The position numbers were made by a program, and so were the translations under genes. A stretch of 64,000 nt of DNA from Phoronis australis (Eukaryota; Animalia; Phoronida), in contig NMRA01000146.1 of NCBI GenBank assembly GCA_002633005.1, positions 241,862 to 305,861 of the forward strand, in the 5' to 3' direction. Shown here piece after piece: positions 1 through 12,720 of the stretch (position 1 is its first letter; every line of letters begins with the position of its first letter). The notes under the pieces were generated by a model, which did no database searches, was not told where the DNA came from, and saw nothing but the letters and a program-made list of their open reading frames with translations.

Positions 1-233
1 AGTCACAGCTCATTAGGTAATAAATCATATTATATTATTTTACAATAGTCTGCAATGAGAACAGCTTCCCAAAATAACCCTTGAAGCCAGGAAGACAAAA
101 TGACAGTGAACTAAAATATACATGTAGGTGCAAACTAAAGTAAATAACGACACGACAGTTTCCGATCAAAGTTTTCGAAGCCAGGTGACTGGCTGAAAGC
201 GACACCTCGTGGTACTTCATCCACGGTACTCAC

Positions 234-314
234 TCTTGATGTTCTTTTCCAAGTCAGACCCAAACAGTGCTAAGTTGCTGTCTTTCCAGTCGTATTTCTT
301 AGCCTTTCTTAATC
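234..314 (-). CDS. Gelsolin-like (severin/fragmin-type) actin-binding protein, coding exon 2; gene continues beyond the left edge of the window
   Basis: The minus strand reads ttttattccag|GA TTA AGA AAG...ATC AAG A|gtgagt. The 81 nt (phase 1-1) translate to (G)LRKAKKYDWKDSNLALFGSDLEKNIK, the characteristic N-terminus of invertebrate gelsolin-like proteins. This exon is not in the ORF track. Confidence 0.9.
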
Positions 315-707
315 CTGGAATAAAAGTAAGTGATTCAGAATACCGTAACTAAAACACACAGATAACCTGATTGGGACACGCTGTCACGCTCAAAGCCAAC
401 AGCATAGTAAAATGATCCCGAACTAAGTAATACGGGGAAGGATAAAATTTTAATTTTCTAGTATTATATGTTTTAAGGGCGACTACTGCAATTAAAGTAA
501 AATAAATTGATCGAAAAATAAGTTTGAGAGCATACGTGCGAAGCGGTTGACTATTAAACCGCATGTAAGTATGTCTGTATCTAATAGCAATTCCCTGGTT
601 TGTACAGTTCGGAGATGCTGGCAATTGAGCTAGTAGAAATTACTATGCTATTTACGGCCAAACTTGCGACGACGACAATACTCGACACAGGAATGCACGA
701 CACTTAC

Positions 708-756
708 CCGACATTATGGCTTGGCTCTTGGTCTACGGCTTATCAACAACGGACAA
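708..756 (-). CDS. Gelsolin-like gene, start-codon exon (5'UTR plus ATG TCG G at 714-708)
   Basis: The minus strand reads ttttttctgcgtttcag|TTGTCC...ATA ATG TCG G|gtaagtg. Joined to exon 234-314 it gives MSGLRKAKKYDW. The acceptor implies a further upstream non-coding exon. Confidence 0.85.
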
Positions 757-1863
757 CTGAAACGCAGAAAAAACACGATGATATAGGCGATGTGGGTTTA
801 CTGAGACGAGCACATACGCAACAGACATCTCAATTCACATGTGGCAGGCTACTCAAACTAATTTGTATTTTCATCAGCAGAAATAGGTCAGTGCTCCCAT
901 TCGAAATCGCAGCGTGTTGGAACGTGCTGTGTTGAATACCAAGTTCGTTCTAAAACGAAATGCTTGCGGAAGGACGTTCAATATTATCAAGATATGAGCA
1001 CATACTAGCTAGTTAATTCGCAACAGGACGCCGGCGCCTAAAATACCAACTAAGCATAAACTGGATGATTTCACTGTCAAAACAAACCTGCAGCATTCAA
1101 GCGCCAGGAATACAAATTCATAACCAAGCGTCATTTCTGATATTTCTTCGCTCTTTAGGTGACACTAATCAGGTTTTCCTCGTTCCTGCCTTCCCAGGCA
1201 GAGTAAACTATGGGAAATTTGTTTTTATGTTCTACAACAAAACCACACGCGGGGACTGACCATGCATAAAGCATACCTACAGTCTAAAACTGCATCCACG
1301 AGTGCGTTTCTATTGTTTTAATGGACATGGCAAACCAAGACTGTCATGCCAAAAAAGAGCAAAACAGACAAAATCAGTTTTCAACCAAAAACCACGACTC
1401 GCATGCGACTACAATAGGCACCAGTAAACAATGCACTCGGAAGGCAAAAACACCCCAGATTACAAAACTTGGGCAGACCATTGGTGTTAAGTAGACATTT
1501 TTCACTCCAATAGTCTGAAGGGTACCTAAACTTCTAGCTATAACTTTCTTGCCGCTAGGACGTAGTACTCAAGAGTGTCTGTCTACAAACACCTCGGTTA
1601 CCAGATAAGTAGACCAAGGGGGTACCAAATTGCCCTTTTTCAAAAACTAATCATATCTCATTCGTAGCTAGTACACTTAAAGTAAATCTCGAAATGACCA
1701 GCCAATACAGCAGGTGCCAATTTTTTATGAAGTTGAGGGGGTAAGACCGTGGCTCAAAGAAGTATTTGGGTTTCAACGAAGACAATTCTGCAATGATTCC
1801 TCTTATTGGGTTGCTTTGAAATTGTTTATACTCGTAGAGCAAACGTCATCAGTACTCGTAAAC

Positions 1864-2149
1864 CATGCGCGCACCCAGCCTTCAATATGGGGGGGGGGCT
1901 CGAATAGCTGGCGGTGTGGAAAAATAGTCGGTTAACTAAAAAAAATTATCGAATTCCTGGCGGTGTGGAAAAGTAGTCGGTTAACTAAAAAACAGTACCA
2001 CGATCGGAGCCGCACGTCCTGTGAAATGTGCGTTTGCATATTTTTAGTGGACTTTTATCTCGTTTTCTCGGGCTTTTTGTTTTTCTGAGGCGGACCTTTT
2101 TGCCCACTTCGCCAAATGTTCGAGCCCCCCACCCCTGGGTGCGCGCATG
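1864..2149. mobile_element. MITE with CATG termini
   Basis: TIRs CATGCGCGCACCCAG / CTGGGTGCGCGCATG; flanks taaac/tagac (5-bp near-duplication); internal ~49-bp direct repeat at ~1907-1992. Confidence 0.75.
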
Positions 2150-5100
2150 TAGACGCAAGAACCTCGCGAGTAAAGCTGGTGTGATTATGCGTTTCGCTTG
2201 TAATGAAAGGTGATAATTCACAAAGATTTACATGGTCTTCCTTTTTCGTCAGTGTGTTGTGTTTACGGATTTGACATTTGAACGACGTTAAAAATACCAA
2301 AGCCTGTGACGTCGCGTACTGATTTCACAAGATATCGCCTATTCGACCGAGAATTCCAGCTAACTTGATAAGTCATCGCACAGTGGTCGGACCCTCTCTA
2401 CTGGGACACTCAAGTAAGGGACACACAAGCATTGCGCGCAGATCGTTGTGCAGTAACTTGCATAAAATCAACAGGAATCGTATAGCGGTGCGATTTTTTA
2501 TAACCTACATTTCAGCAAGGATCGATATTCGATATCAGACTGACAAGTAAACAGGTGTATTATAAATTACGACATGTGAGTCAGACGGATGTTTGTTCGG
2601 GCGGAGCATGTGTGCATTTTACTTAATGAAAACCGATAACGTGTTATAGTTGCCATAAACTAGGCAACTTTACACTGGGAGGACTCGTTAGTTTTCTGGA
2701 TCGTCACAGAGTTGTGACTCACAGTGGTGTTCGCTGCTTTTCTCTTCTTTGGCTGCTACGGACACCAAACTGTTTTTACAACCTATTAAACATGTATGCG
2801 CGTCAGTTGCCGCTCGACCATCATGTACAAATTTGTACATGTTTAATAATGAAACAGTCGCCTCGACAGACTGTGCCACAATGGCATTCAGTTGATGGGA
2901 TAATGTTTAGATTCAAATTAAACCTGCCTGTTTGGGGCTCGGAATTGGGCAGTGCCTGCAATTGCGTCAATCAATCTGAGTCACGAAAATGTCAACCTCG
3001 TCCCCAAGCATCAAGATGACGCTGATCAGTTTACTCAAATGGTTAAACCGATCAGCGCCATTCTGAGGCTTGGGAACGAGGTTGGGAAAAAGCCAATTTT
3101 ATCCGAAAAATTATGTTCGTGAGAGCATTTTTTTAACGAAATTATACCAAACCATCCGAATTACATGTCGAATAGGGTCGAGTTCAATAACCGCGACGAG
3201 AAAATATAGCCCAAATCACGTCCTCTCATTCAAAATACACGGTATTATCTGGTAGAATCGCACGAGATGTTGGTTTTCTAGCGAGCCTCTAGTATTATTT
3301 AACTCGACCCAGGTCTACATTTCGTACATGTAGATCTAAGACAAACCCTTAGTACCTGAGGCTAGAAATCTTTCCTTAGCTTCTGGACACCGGCCGGAAA
3401 CAGTGGATTTCATCCCAACTCAACATCCCGAAATTACCGACACTTTCAGAGACCGACATTATGTTATGGTGAAGAAGTAAGTTCCCGAATGTAATCGCAA
3501 AACACTCGAGTGATTTTGCCAGCATATCCAACAAAAGATGGGGCCTTACTTAGGACCAGAGAGGGTCAAAGGTCAAGACACACACGGCGACTTTTATCTA
3601 CGTGGACAGGAATCAATTTGAAATAAGACTATCGTAAGTTGACAATGAAATTATATGTTACCAAGGGTAATAAACATTTTCAGATCAAAACGACAGTTTT
3701 GCTGACGTACGGTTAGAGGGTCTCCTCCTTTCTGCCAACTGAAGGCGGTTGCACAAACCCGCCTACCTATAAAAAATTGATTTTCATTCAGACAACTTAA
3801 CCGTAGTGAAATCGTTCTCAAACTGTTGCTTATTCAAATTATAAGTGATTTCTTCTTGGACATTTTTGTCATTTTGGGATTGTTTCAGACCTGGCGCTGA
3901 CGGGGCCCGTTTCAACAAACTAACATTCAGTTAGTTGATTGGTGTCTCAATTTCCAAATTTTGAAACTTACAGATCTGGTGGTTAAAATTAAGACACAAT
4001 GCACGTCGAAAACTTAAGTCAGACTTAGAATCTCTTTTTTGAAACGGATTTGAGACAAACTTAAATTGTAACTTAACATTGGCTGAAATTTTGCCAAGTC
4101 AGTTTTCTTGGAATGGGTACCATTTCTCTAGTGGCTGGTCCGGCGTGTCAGTTTATGTGAACAGCATTGTGCCAAGCACTAAGTACTGTTTTTTTTCAAG
4201 ACCGGAAACCAATTCGCAACTTGGTTTGAAACAAGTTAACAATAAATTTAATAGCGGTAAATGGTCCAATTTTAGTGTGACCGAACGCGGTCTCAGAGCA
4301 GCCGCTTAACGCCACAAGAAGTACAGTCTGTCCAATACTTTACAAAGGTGACTAACACCAAAGATTTGACAAATGTTGGTCAACCAGACAACAAGATTAG
4401 GACTAGGAATGACACCGTGGATGGTACACTAGGTTAGACTTCACACTTCACCCAAACAAGAACAGTGACAATGACACGACATTCATGCTATAGACATGTG
4501 AATTCTGTGCTGTTTAAACTATACCTGAAGGCATAAAGCTATACATCAACACTTGACAATAAGGCACACTGGGAATTTGTGAGTTCTCAAATTGGCCAAG
4601 GGAATTGGGGCAAAATAAGCACTTCACAAAAGATCTTTAGTCCAGCACGCGAAAACTTGCATCAGATGAATACCGCTTTGCAGTAAGGACTACCGCAGAC
4701 GAATTGCTACGAGCTGAGCTGCGTGGCTCGAGTAAAATTAACCTCAGGTGATTGTTACCCGCACACAGTGAGGCACGATGATCAATGGCCTACAAACTAC
4801 ACAGCGGTGCAACTAATGTACACGCGGTTATTATGAGCCAGCGAGAATGATTTGTTAACGCCAGGTGATGCAATAAGTAATTGTAACCTCGCCCGCATGC
4901 GCATGTTGTAAAGATTCACGGTGGCCACATGAACGAAATCAAATAAGCGCAATTTTCATCTAACCGCCTTACGAGGGAATTTCTACACGATTCAAACTAC
5001 CACAAGAGAACTAATTGATATTCGAAGAGAGTATCTCTCCGTCTGCGATGACTTTTACACGTTAACAACATGACGCCATCGTAACAAAAGACCACATGGC

Positions 5101-7620
5101 TTCCTATTTTGCAAAAAATGCTCGAATGGAACGAAATATTGGATCAATTTCGAATATTCCGCCGTGTTCACTTTTGTGCTTCAGGGGTGGAAAACACATT
5201 ATTCTTGGACACTGAGTTGATGAATTTCAGGTGGACGTTCCTCTTGACCGATACAACTACCATTCTACGCCAATGTCTCAGTTAAAACTCAGCAGTCATG
5301 CACAGCGTGGGTGAAGAGTCAAGGCTCTCATTTGTCTTGATCAATAACCGAAATCCCATCTCGCAAAAAACAACGCATTTCGGTAGGTGGCGTAATTGCA
5401 ACTTACAGGAACGAGGCTGCGGAAAGGAAACGGATAAAATGTGTTTATTGTAATCGACTTAGTTTCAAGACTTTTAAGAATGGCTGCATAGAATGTTCAG
5501 TTCATTATCACTATAATTGGTGTCGGATCCAGAATGTCGTAAGGGGACAACCACAATGTAGGTAGCAAAACCAAAGGTTCAGCGTTTGCCCTAAACTGCA
5601 TGCCGGTAGCGTTTCCATTTTCTGTCACGTCCATTGTGGAAGAGGGACACTAGAAAGGCGGGCCAATTTGAAGTTAAAATGTTATTAAAGCAAAAAACAT
5701 TACGGCTGCGGTAGTCAGGACTCAGGAGACGACTGCAACTACGGAATAAATGTGCTGCTAAAAGCAAAAAAAAACACACACTTCTGTGGGTGACCAAAGA
5801 ATACTATTGCTGACGGGATATATTTGGATAGACACTGTAAACACAGACCAATTTGTAAGTCTGAAAATGAATACTGTCACGAGTTAGCATTTTGCTGCAG
5901 ATGAAGGGCTGGATTGGACGCCGGCACTAACGCAACCTTGCAGAGGCGCATGAACAACCATTATATCAAAAGAATTTATTTATACCAAAGGGGCACATTC
6001 GCTAAACAGAATTCAAACAGAAATATTAAAAGATAAAAAAGCACCACCAGTTCGCTTAAATAACAGTGTAAGCCAACATTTCGTCAGTCGCATCCTATTG
6101 GAACTGCTACCTACTAAGCAACCCCCCCCCCGAATCTATGGCTAGGCCTACTGCTCAAGATTCCGAGTCCATGCAGCAGGAAAGCATACAGTTCCCCCGC
6201 GATCAGTGTCCAGGCTGCCTACATAACACGCACTTGAATGCCAACCCGGATGCTACATTCAAATTCACGCAGGCCGGACACCGAAATCCGGACGGAAACC
6301 GATTCCCAGCACATCGGGGTTGGATACAGTTCAGTAGCTGTCTCGCGACTATAAAAATTTAGCCAAACTCAAGTCAGTTAAAATACACGACAAGAATGCT
6401 CCACGTAATCTCCCGAAGTATGCCTTTTAGCGAGGTCCCAGCGTACAATGTAGGTCTTAGGGTTATTGAACTCATCGCGGTTTGAGCACAGACAAGTCCA
6501 TCGGAAGTCAGAAAATCCCAGAAACATTTATTCAGTGTCGTACTTGCGACGCTGCCTAGAGTATTACTCCCGGTTTTTCGGTTAATGGGACTCAGATGCC
6601 GAGTTAATCACTAACGGGTGAAGTACACTGTATTTTCGCAGCCATATTGCCAGGCGAGAGCAAAGATGCAACGCTTATATATGTTGACTGTTGTAATACG
6701 ACCGCATGCTAATACGTGGATGTCCGGGTTTGCAATTAAAACATGTCTGTATTTTCAAAAAAAAACGTTGCAGCTGTTTCGTGAATTTTCGAAAAAAGGA
6801 ACGATTTTATCAAACTAGCATTTGAATTCACTCTGTGAAACTGAATCTTTAAGAAAACATCGGAGTGTTTAAAAGAGGCAAATCCTCTGTGGAGGATAGC
6901 ACGCACATGAAGCAGGAACCATGATTTGCTAAGTTAGATTATTATTTCAAACAGGATTAAATTTTACAAAATAACGTTGAATTTACAAATGTATGGTTAA
7001 TTTTGATTTCAATTAATTTTCCCTTTCCTCTGCCCATGGCGACTGAGACCCTTCGCACAAACCGAGCGAGCACATTGTGTAACACTAGTTTACATTTTTC
7101 GGGCTGAAACCGTCAAGGCAATCCACAGACCGACTGGTTTGCCTCAACTTCAGTTTCAACTGTCATGTAAACTTTATTCTAATGTTGTGAGTTTTCATTA
7201 ACGAAGGGTGGAAATTGGCCTCAGTTTATTCGGATTTTGTCCGAATAAATTATAGACTCGTGGGGAAAGGAAACTGTTTGCGGTATGCATTGCAATATTT
7301 TACGCAAATTCAGTTATATCGAAAATAAATTAAGAAGTGTATACCCTATTGTTTTGGATGCCCCTGACTCATCCATGGGTTACCCAAGCGGCAGTCTTAT
7401 CTCACGCTGTGTTACCGTGCGTACATGAACTGAAGACCGAATAACCCGGCAGTAGATTTTGGTTGGGGTTGCAAAGACCAGCTCGCACCCAATTTCACCC
7501 GGGTGAGTCTTGTCTAAATGCGGAGGTCTCTCAATAAAATATGATGGCTCAAGGAGTGCGTAAACAGAACTCTTCTAAACCACTATAATGATAATAACAT
7601 AGACATCGGCATAGCGTGAC

Positions 7621-7772
7621 CAGGCGTGCGTTCAGTAGACGCTAGGACCTACGCTAGGACCTAGCTAAAACCTAGACAAAGTCACGTGTTTTCATTTAAA
7701 ATGCATGGCAATAGCTCACGTAATCTCTTGCTTTTTAGCGAGGTCCTAGCCTTCGTTACTGAACGGGAGGCG
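7621..7772. mobile_element. Foldback MITE family A; other copies at 13565-13708 and 54039-54195, partial at 6359-6446 and 8268-8381
   Basis: Imperfect TIRs (GCGTTCAGTAGACGCTAGGACCT ... AGGTCCTAGC...GTTACTGAACG). The same ~150-bp sequence recurs in both orientations. Confidence 0.8.
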
Positions 7773-7920
7773 GGTTTCCGAATGATTTGTTGTGAGCCCA
7801 TGTCATTCTATCGTTGCTAGTTGCGAGGGGTTGCGCGGGGAAAAGCTCCTCAACCTCGAAATTGAAGATCCGTAACTGAGAACGATGATGACGAGATCCG
7901 AAGTTACTTTTCTGTTTACT

Positions 7921-8075
7921 CAGACGCGGATTACAGGGGGGGGGCAAGAGGACCATGCCCCTCTAAAATTATCCCAGATTCCATTTGGCAGTTCGGGGGT
8001 GCGAATGTCTGACGGGCAAAATCCTGGCTAATACTCAACCCTGCACCCCCAAATCAAAATCCTGGATCCGCCTCT
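7921..8075. mobile_element. MITE family B (CAG..GCGGAT / ATCCGCC.CTG); related copies at 11799-12073 and ~55230-55379
   Basis: Short TIRs and a shared core (gtcagacattcgcaccc..gaactgcc) across copies. Confidence 0.7.
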
Positions 8076-11000
8076 GCTGTCCGACAATGATCAAACTTTT
8101 ATTTCCATTGGGTATTTCTCGCCGACAAGAGATGAGTTTCCAATACTATTTAAGGTAAGCTGCGTTACGTAATAGATAAACCTGATGCGAACTATGGTCA
8201 ACACCAATAAAGCCGGTTGAAGACGAGTCTTCAATATCGGCGTAGATTTCAGTAGGATCTACATGTAGCTAAAAACCAAGACATCGCGAGATTACGAGAC
8301 ACAACCTTGAGCATGTACTTTAAATGAAAACGTGTGATTTTGGCTACATTTTAGCGAAGTCCTAGGGTCTTAGCGTTACTGCAGTCTACCTATGTAAAAA
8401 GTCTTCCTCCGTCCGAATTACACAGGGGCTCGGGCCTGTTTAAGGTGCTTCAGATGAGAACAGTACTGGCATACATGTGATTCGACGCTGATATATCGCT
8501 ATATTTGTGCACAAACAACGCCACTCAGGTGTGTTTAGAATTTGCCCTTCCTCGTATTCAATAGGTCCGCCTACATGAACAAATGAGAATAAATTTCATC
8601 ACCGTGCACAAGGAAATCATAGGCGTATATGTAAGTAAACGAAATCGATGTAATTAATAGCGGGTACACGTGGGCCTAAGACTTTTTCAACGAAGCCTTT
8701 TACATTGCATACAGCCAGCCTGATCTGGCGGGTATATTATGTCATAAAATCACTGGATTGAATTTGATCACATAACAATGGAAGAAGGCCGGCCGAAATT
8801 GAACACAAGTAATACATAACACAAGTAATACATAACACAAGTACATATACTTTCGCCCGGCTCGGAAAACTTGCTGCGCAGTGTCATGCAAATACCTTGC
8901 CGTGACTACTTACCGAACTACTCTTGAAATCGATAAAAGATTAGGATTAGCTACAACAGGTACACTGAGTCGGTTATAATAAGACTCGACTTTACATTAC
9001 AACACTGAGATCGTGCATTTTTACGATGAACCCTTCGGTTGCCAGCCATTCGCCGATCGACAGACAAATCGCAGGTGTATGAAAGGAATAATTGATTCGA
9101 TGAAATTTATTATCAAATGCGCAAAACAAAATATGAACGTGTTGAACTTAAATTCACGACAATGACCCATTGGTGAAGACTGTCTGTCAGGGGCAAATAA
9201 CGGAGGCCATTTGACAGTCAGTCGGTGCTGAATAGACAACCACAGTCTCTGAAGCTCAACACACTGGCGAACTAATCACACTACTTCTGTATATTTTGAG
9301 CTGACAGGTCTGGGTCAAACATTCCCCGAGGTCTTTCGCAGCCGTTAACACGCCGGACACTCCCGCAGATAGTCCTTTCAATAAAATTACCAACCAACAA
9401 ATCGATAAACGCCGGGTCAATACACAAATGGTAGTTTGCTCGCTGTCGACCTACAGATGTAGCCTTGTACTAGGAATGTGCTTGGTTTGGGAAAACAACA
9501 ATGACCGAATTCAAGCGCGTGTTACTGCCGCCAGTCAGAAACAAAATGGTGAGCTCATATGGAAAACAGCTTTGCCACTACAATATATACAGCGGTACGA
9601 GCTATGTACTCACAAAAAGCGGATAAATACGAAATTTAACACATACTCACCAGTCGACGCACAGGTAAAGATCTATCTAGGTCCACACCCCTGCTAGAGA
9701 TGCTTGAACTCCTGTTTATGAAAGGTCAACCAATCACGTCACAGGGTCTAAGGGCATTTCCTTATTTATAAATATAGGTCATAGACAGCTGATGGCACCG
9801 CAGTAATGTGGAATCCCAAATAGTGACGGCGGTGACACCTCGAGAGATGAGGGAACACGACTATGGATGGATTTCGCTACGTATTTGTGTGGCAGCAAAA
9901 CTGGGTATATTCACTGGCATGGCATGGGCGGAGCATCATGGGGGCTAAGTGGACCATATAGCCGCCCGAATTCAAGTTTTTAAGCCCTGACAAGTCAGCA
10001 AAAAAACATTCAGTTGAACGTTTAATTACGATAAAGAAATCTTTTTAAACCAGCTGTTTACAAAAATGTTGAAGGAATGTAGGCACCTTTACTTGTCGGC
10101 CACCTGAGTTATCACGGTGGGCAGATGGGCAGAGAGTTTTCGCGGGAGGCTGGGGGTGGGGGGGGGGGGGNGGGGGGGGCATGCCAAGCGAAAAGGTATG
10201 CTCCCCATGCCACATCTCATGTCATACTCAGCATCGTCGGCATTAAAACGAGACACGCAGTTCAATCAATCGTACAGGAAGATCCAGCCCTTGTCAAACA
10301 GGCGTGTGCGCACATCTCGTGACACGAGCAGTGGTGTGTTCAATGAGGATCTCGCACACTTCATTCATTTCCTTGCAGACTCGCCCTGGGAATGCAAAGC
10401 TCCGAGAAGCCAAGCCGAAGAACCCGAATATTTATTTTTTTTAATCAGCAACTACGCCAACCTAGAATACCGTCAGCGCGAATTCATGTTCAACAGAAAT
10501 GAAGAACTGAGTACGCGGGAAGACAAGCCGAGGACCAGCAGAGAAAGTCGACCTCTCTGTGGAAATATAAGTTGTATGCATGCAGATGACGGACTAAGTA
10601 CAATTTTTGAAGGCGTCGCGGCAAAGAAAATATAAATCATCACCCAACGAGAAATTTACTCCAGAGATAAACCAAACTAGCCTGTTTGGCTAGTAAGCAG
10701 TCTCGGCCGATCCAAAGCGCGTGGTTTAAACGTTTCCCGGGCCTTCAATACCAAGAAAAAAGTGACGCTGCGAGTTGTTTTATTTGCCAAAACAGTCCGA
10801 CAGGGACACCTCGCGTGTGTTTCATGATCAATGTTTTTAAGATTTAAGACACGTCTTACGCCCCACAAATCTATTTAAAAAAGATACTTAAATCTCGAAT
10901 GAGCAAAATTCTCTGGGAATGTACATATAACCAGGAAGAGATACTGCCTAGTCAATGAGATAATTCTTGCAACTTATTCCTTGGTTGTGCACTCATAATT

Positions 11001-11299
11001 ACTTGGCTAAATCTTTATTCAACAATTGTCAAATGGGAGCGTGAGACCACATAGCTGTCTTAAGTCTCAAATCACTTTCATGAAACAGATCCCAGAAGCC
11101 AGTACATGTACATGTACACAGTCAAGGAGGGCTTTTCTTCAGTCACCCCCCGCGGATTCGGTAACCGAAAGAAAGCATTACGGAAAACGAAACTAGAAGC
11201 GCCAGTGCCAAAACTCGTTTATAATACGTACTAAAATTAAGGCAAAGTGACACTCGTGTCTTGGGAGCACAATTTCAGGAAAGCAGTGAAGAGAAATCG

Positions 11300-12720
11300 A
11301 AATTCATCCAACTATTACGCCACCGTGCTAAGGACGACGTCCTACTTGTAAAAACGATGAAACGGGATTGAATCAGCGATATAGATTAGCTCAAGATATA
11401 CACAACGAAAAGTTCAGGGATTTGATAGGAAACCGGGAAATTCAAAGTTTGGCGACAGGTGTCGGTGGCCATTTTCTCTCTCTTATATTCGACGAATGTA
11501 CTGCTATAAGCAACAAAAAAGTTGTCCTCTTGCTTGCGGTGGGTGCATGACTTTCTCGAAGACCATGAAGACTTTATGGGAATAACAAAAATTGGAGCGG
11601 CCACGATGTCAGCTGCAATAGATAATTTTCAAAAACTTGGGCTATCGCAGACAAAATACAGACGTCAGTGCTAAGATGGTGCTAAAAAAACCACCTGCAT
11701 TTGTGACACCGTTGACACTTTTTGGGATTGGGTGTGAAAGATTTTGTGAAGGCAACAAATTGGTATCCAACAGAATGGTAAAGTTACAACGCCGTGGTCA
11801 GGGGCGGATCCAGGACTTTGAGTTGGGGGGAGGGCACAGGAATAACCAGAATTTCGCCACATATGCGCGCCGAGCCTAACATGTAGTGATGCAGGGTCTC
11901 GAATTTTTGGGTTCGTGGACCTTAATACTAAAAAAACGGAAAACGGCACTGTGCATTCGCCCCCTCGAGCCCCCCCGGGTGTGCACATGTGCTAGTCAGC
12001 AATTTGCACCCCGAACTGCCGAATAGTATCTGGCAGAATTTTAGGGGGGGCATGGCCCCTAAATCCGCCACTGGTGGTGTAGTCAATAAAGTTTTCGCCA
12101 AAAGGTAGAATCTTTTCGTGAACGCTGACTAATATGGCTAAATGCCGTCAGCGACTGACGGACAGCATCTCGCAAGATTGCCTGTGCACACTTTGAAATC
12201 TATATGAACCGAGACCGTCTTTAGCGTTTTTATGACACTGCAGTGAGTTGTATCCGTGCGTTGGTGAACCCGTACCCCCTGGAAACGTTTAATGGTGGTT
12301 TTGCCAAACCACACTTCATTCCGGCAGTGACGCCACGGAATCAGTACAGACGAATTTATTGTAAATCAATTGGCCAGCTTACAAGTATTTCTGCTGTCCT
12401 AATCAGATTCAAGCAACCTGCATTCCAAGTCTATGGGCGACTTGAATCGCGTCTCATAAAAACAACTAAAAAAGCGCAGTCAGAGCTCGAGCCCAAATTA
12501 GAACGAGTGTTGGCGGTTGACTGGAAGGATGCTAGCAGCAGAGGTTTAGATGTACAGTTCAACACATTCAGTGTTTTGCTGAAAGGAACACCGTTTTCGT
12601 CGTGATTTTACGACATTCTTGTTGCAGTGAGAGTTAACTAAGTGTAAGCGCTACTGCACCGAGACATTTCTCAACAGCTAGGCAAATAAAGACGTGCTTG
12701 AGGTCCAGCTAGTGCATGAT
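11300..12720 (+). mobile_element. Decayed hAT-type (ZMYM1/ZNF862-like) transposase interrupted by nested MITEs
   Basis: Fragments FLSLIFDECTAISNKK (first catalytic Asp motif, ORF 11368) and IRFKQPAFQVYGRLE...LDVQFNTF (ORF 12243) resemble hAT transposases. The frame is broken by stops, frameshifts and the 11799-12073 insertion. Boundaries are approximate. Confidence 0.65.
11799..12073. mobile_element. MITE family B with perfect 5-bp TSD, containing a nested CATG-type MITE (11860-11989)
   Basis: gtggt|CAGGGGCGGATCC ... AAATCCGCCACTG|gtggt. Confidence 0.85.

Noticed and set aside
10117-10635. 172-aa plus-strand ORF
   Set aside because: GTG start, spans a poly-G tract with an N, no recognisable domain or splice support.
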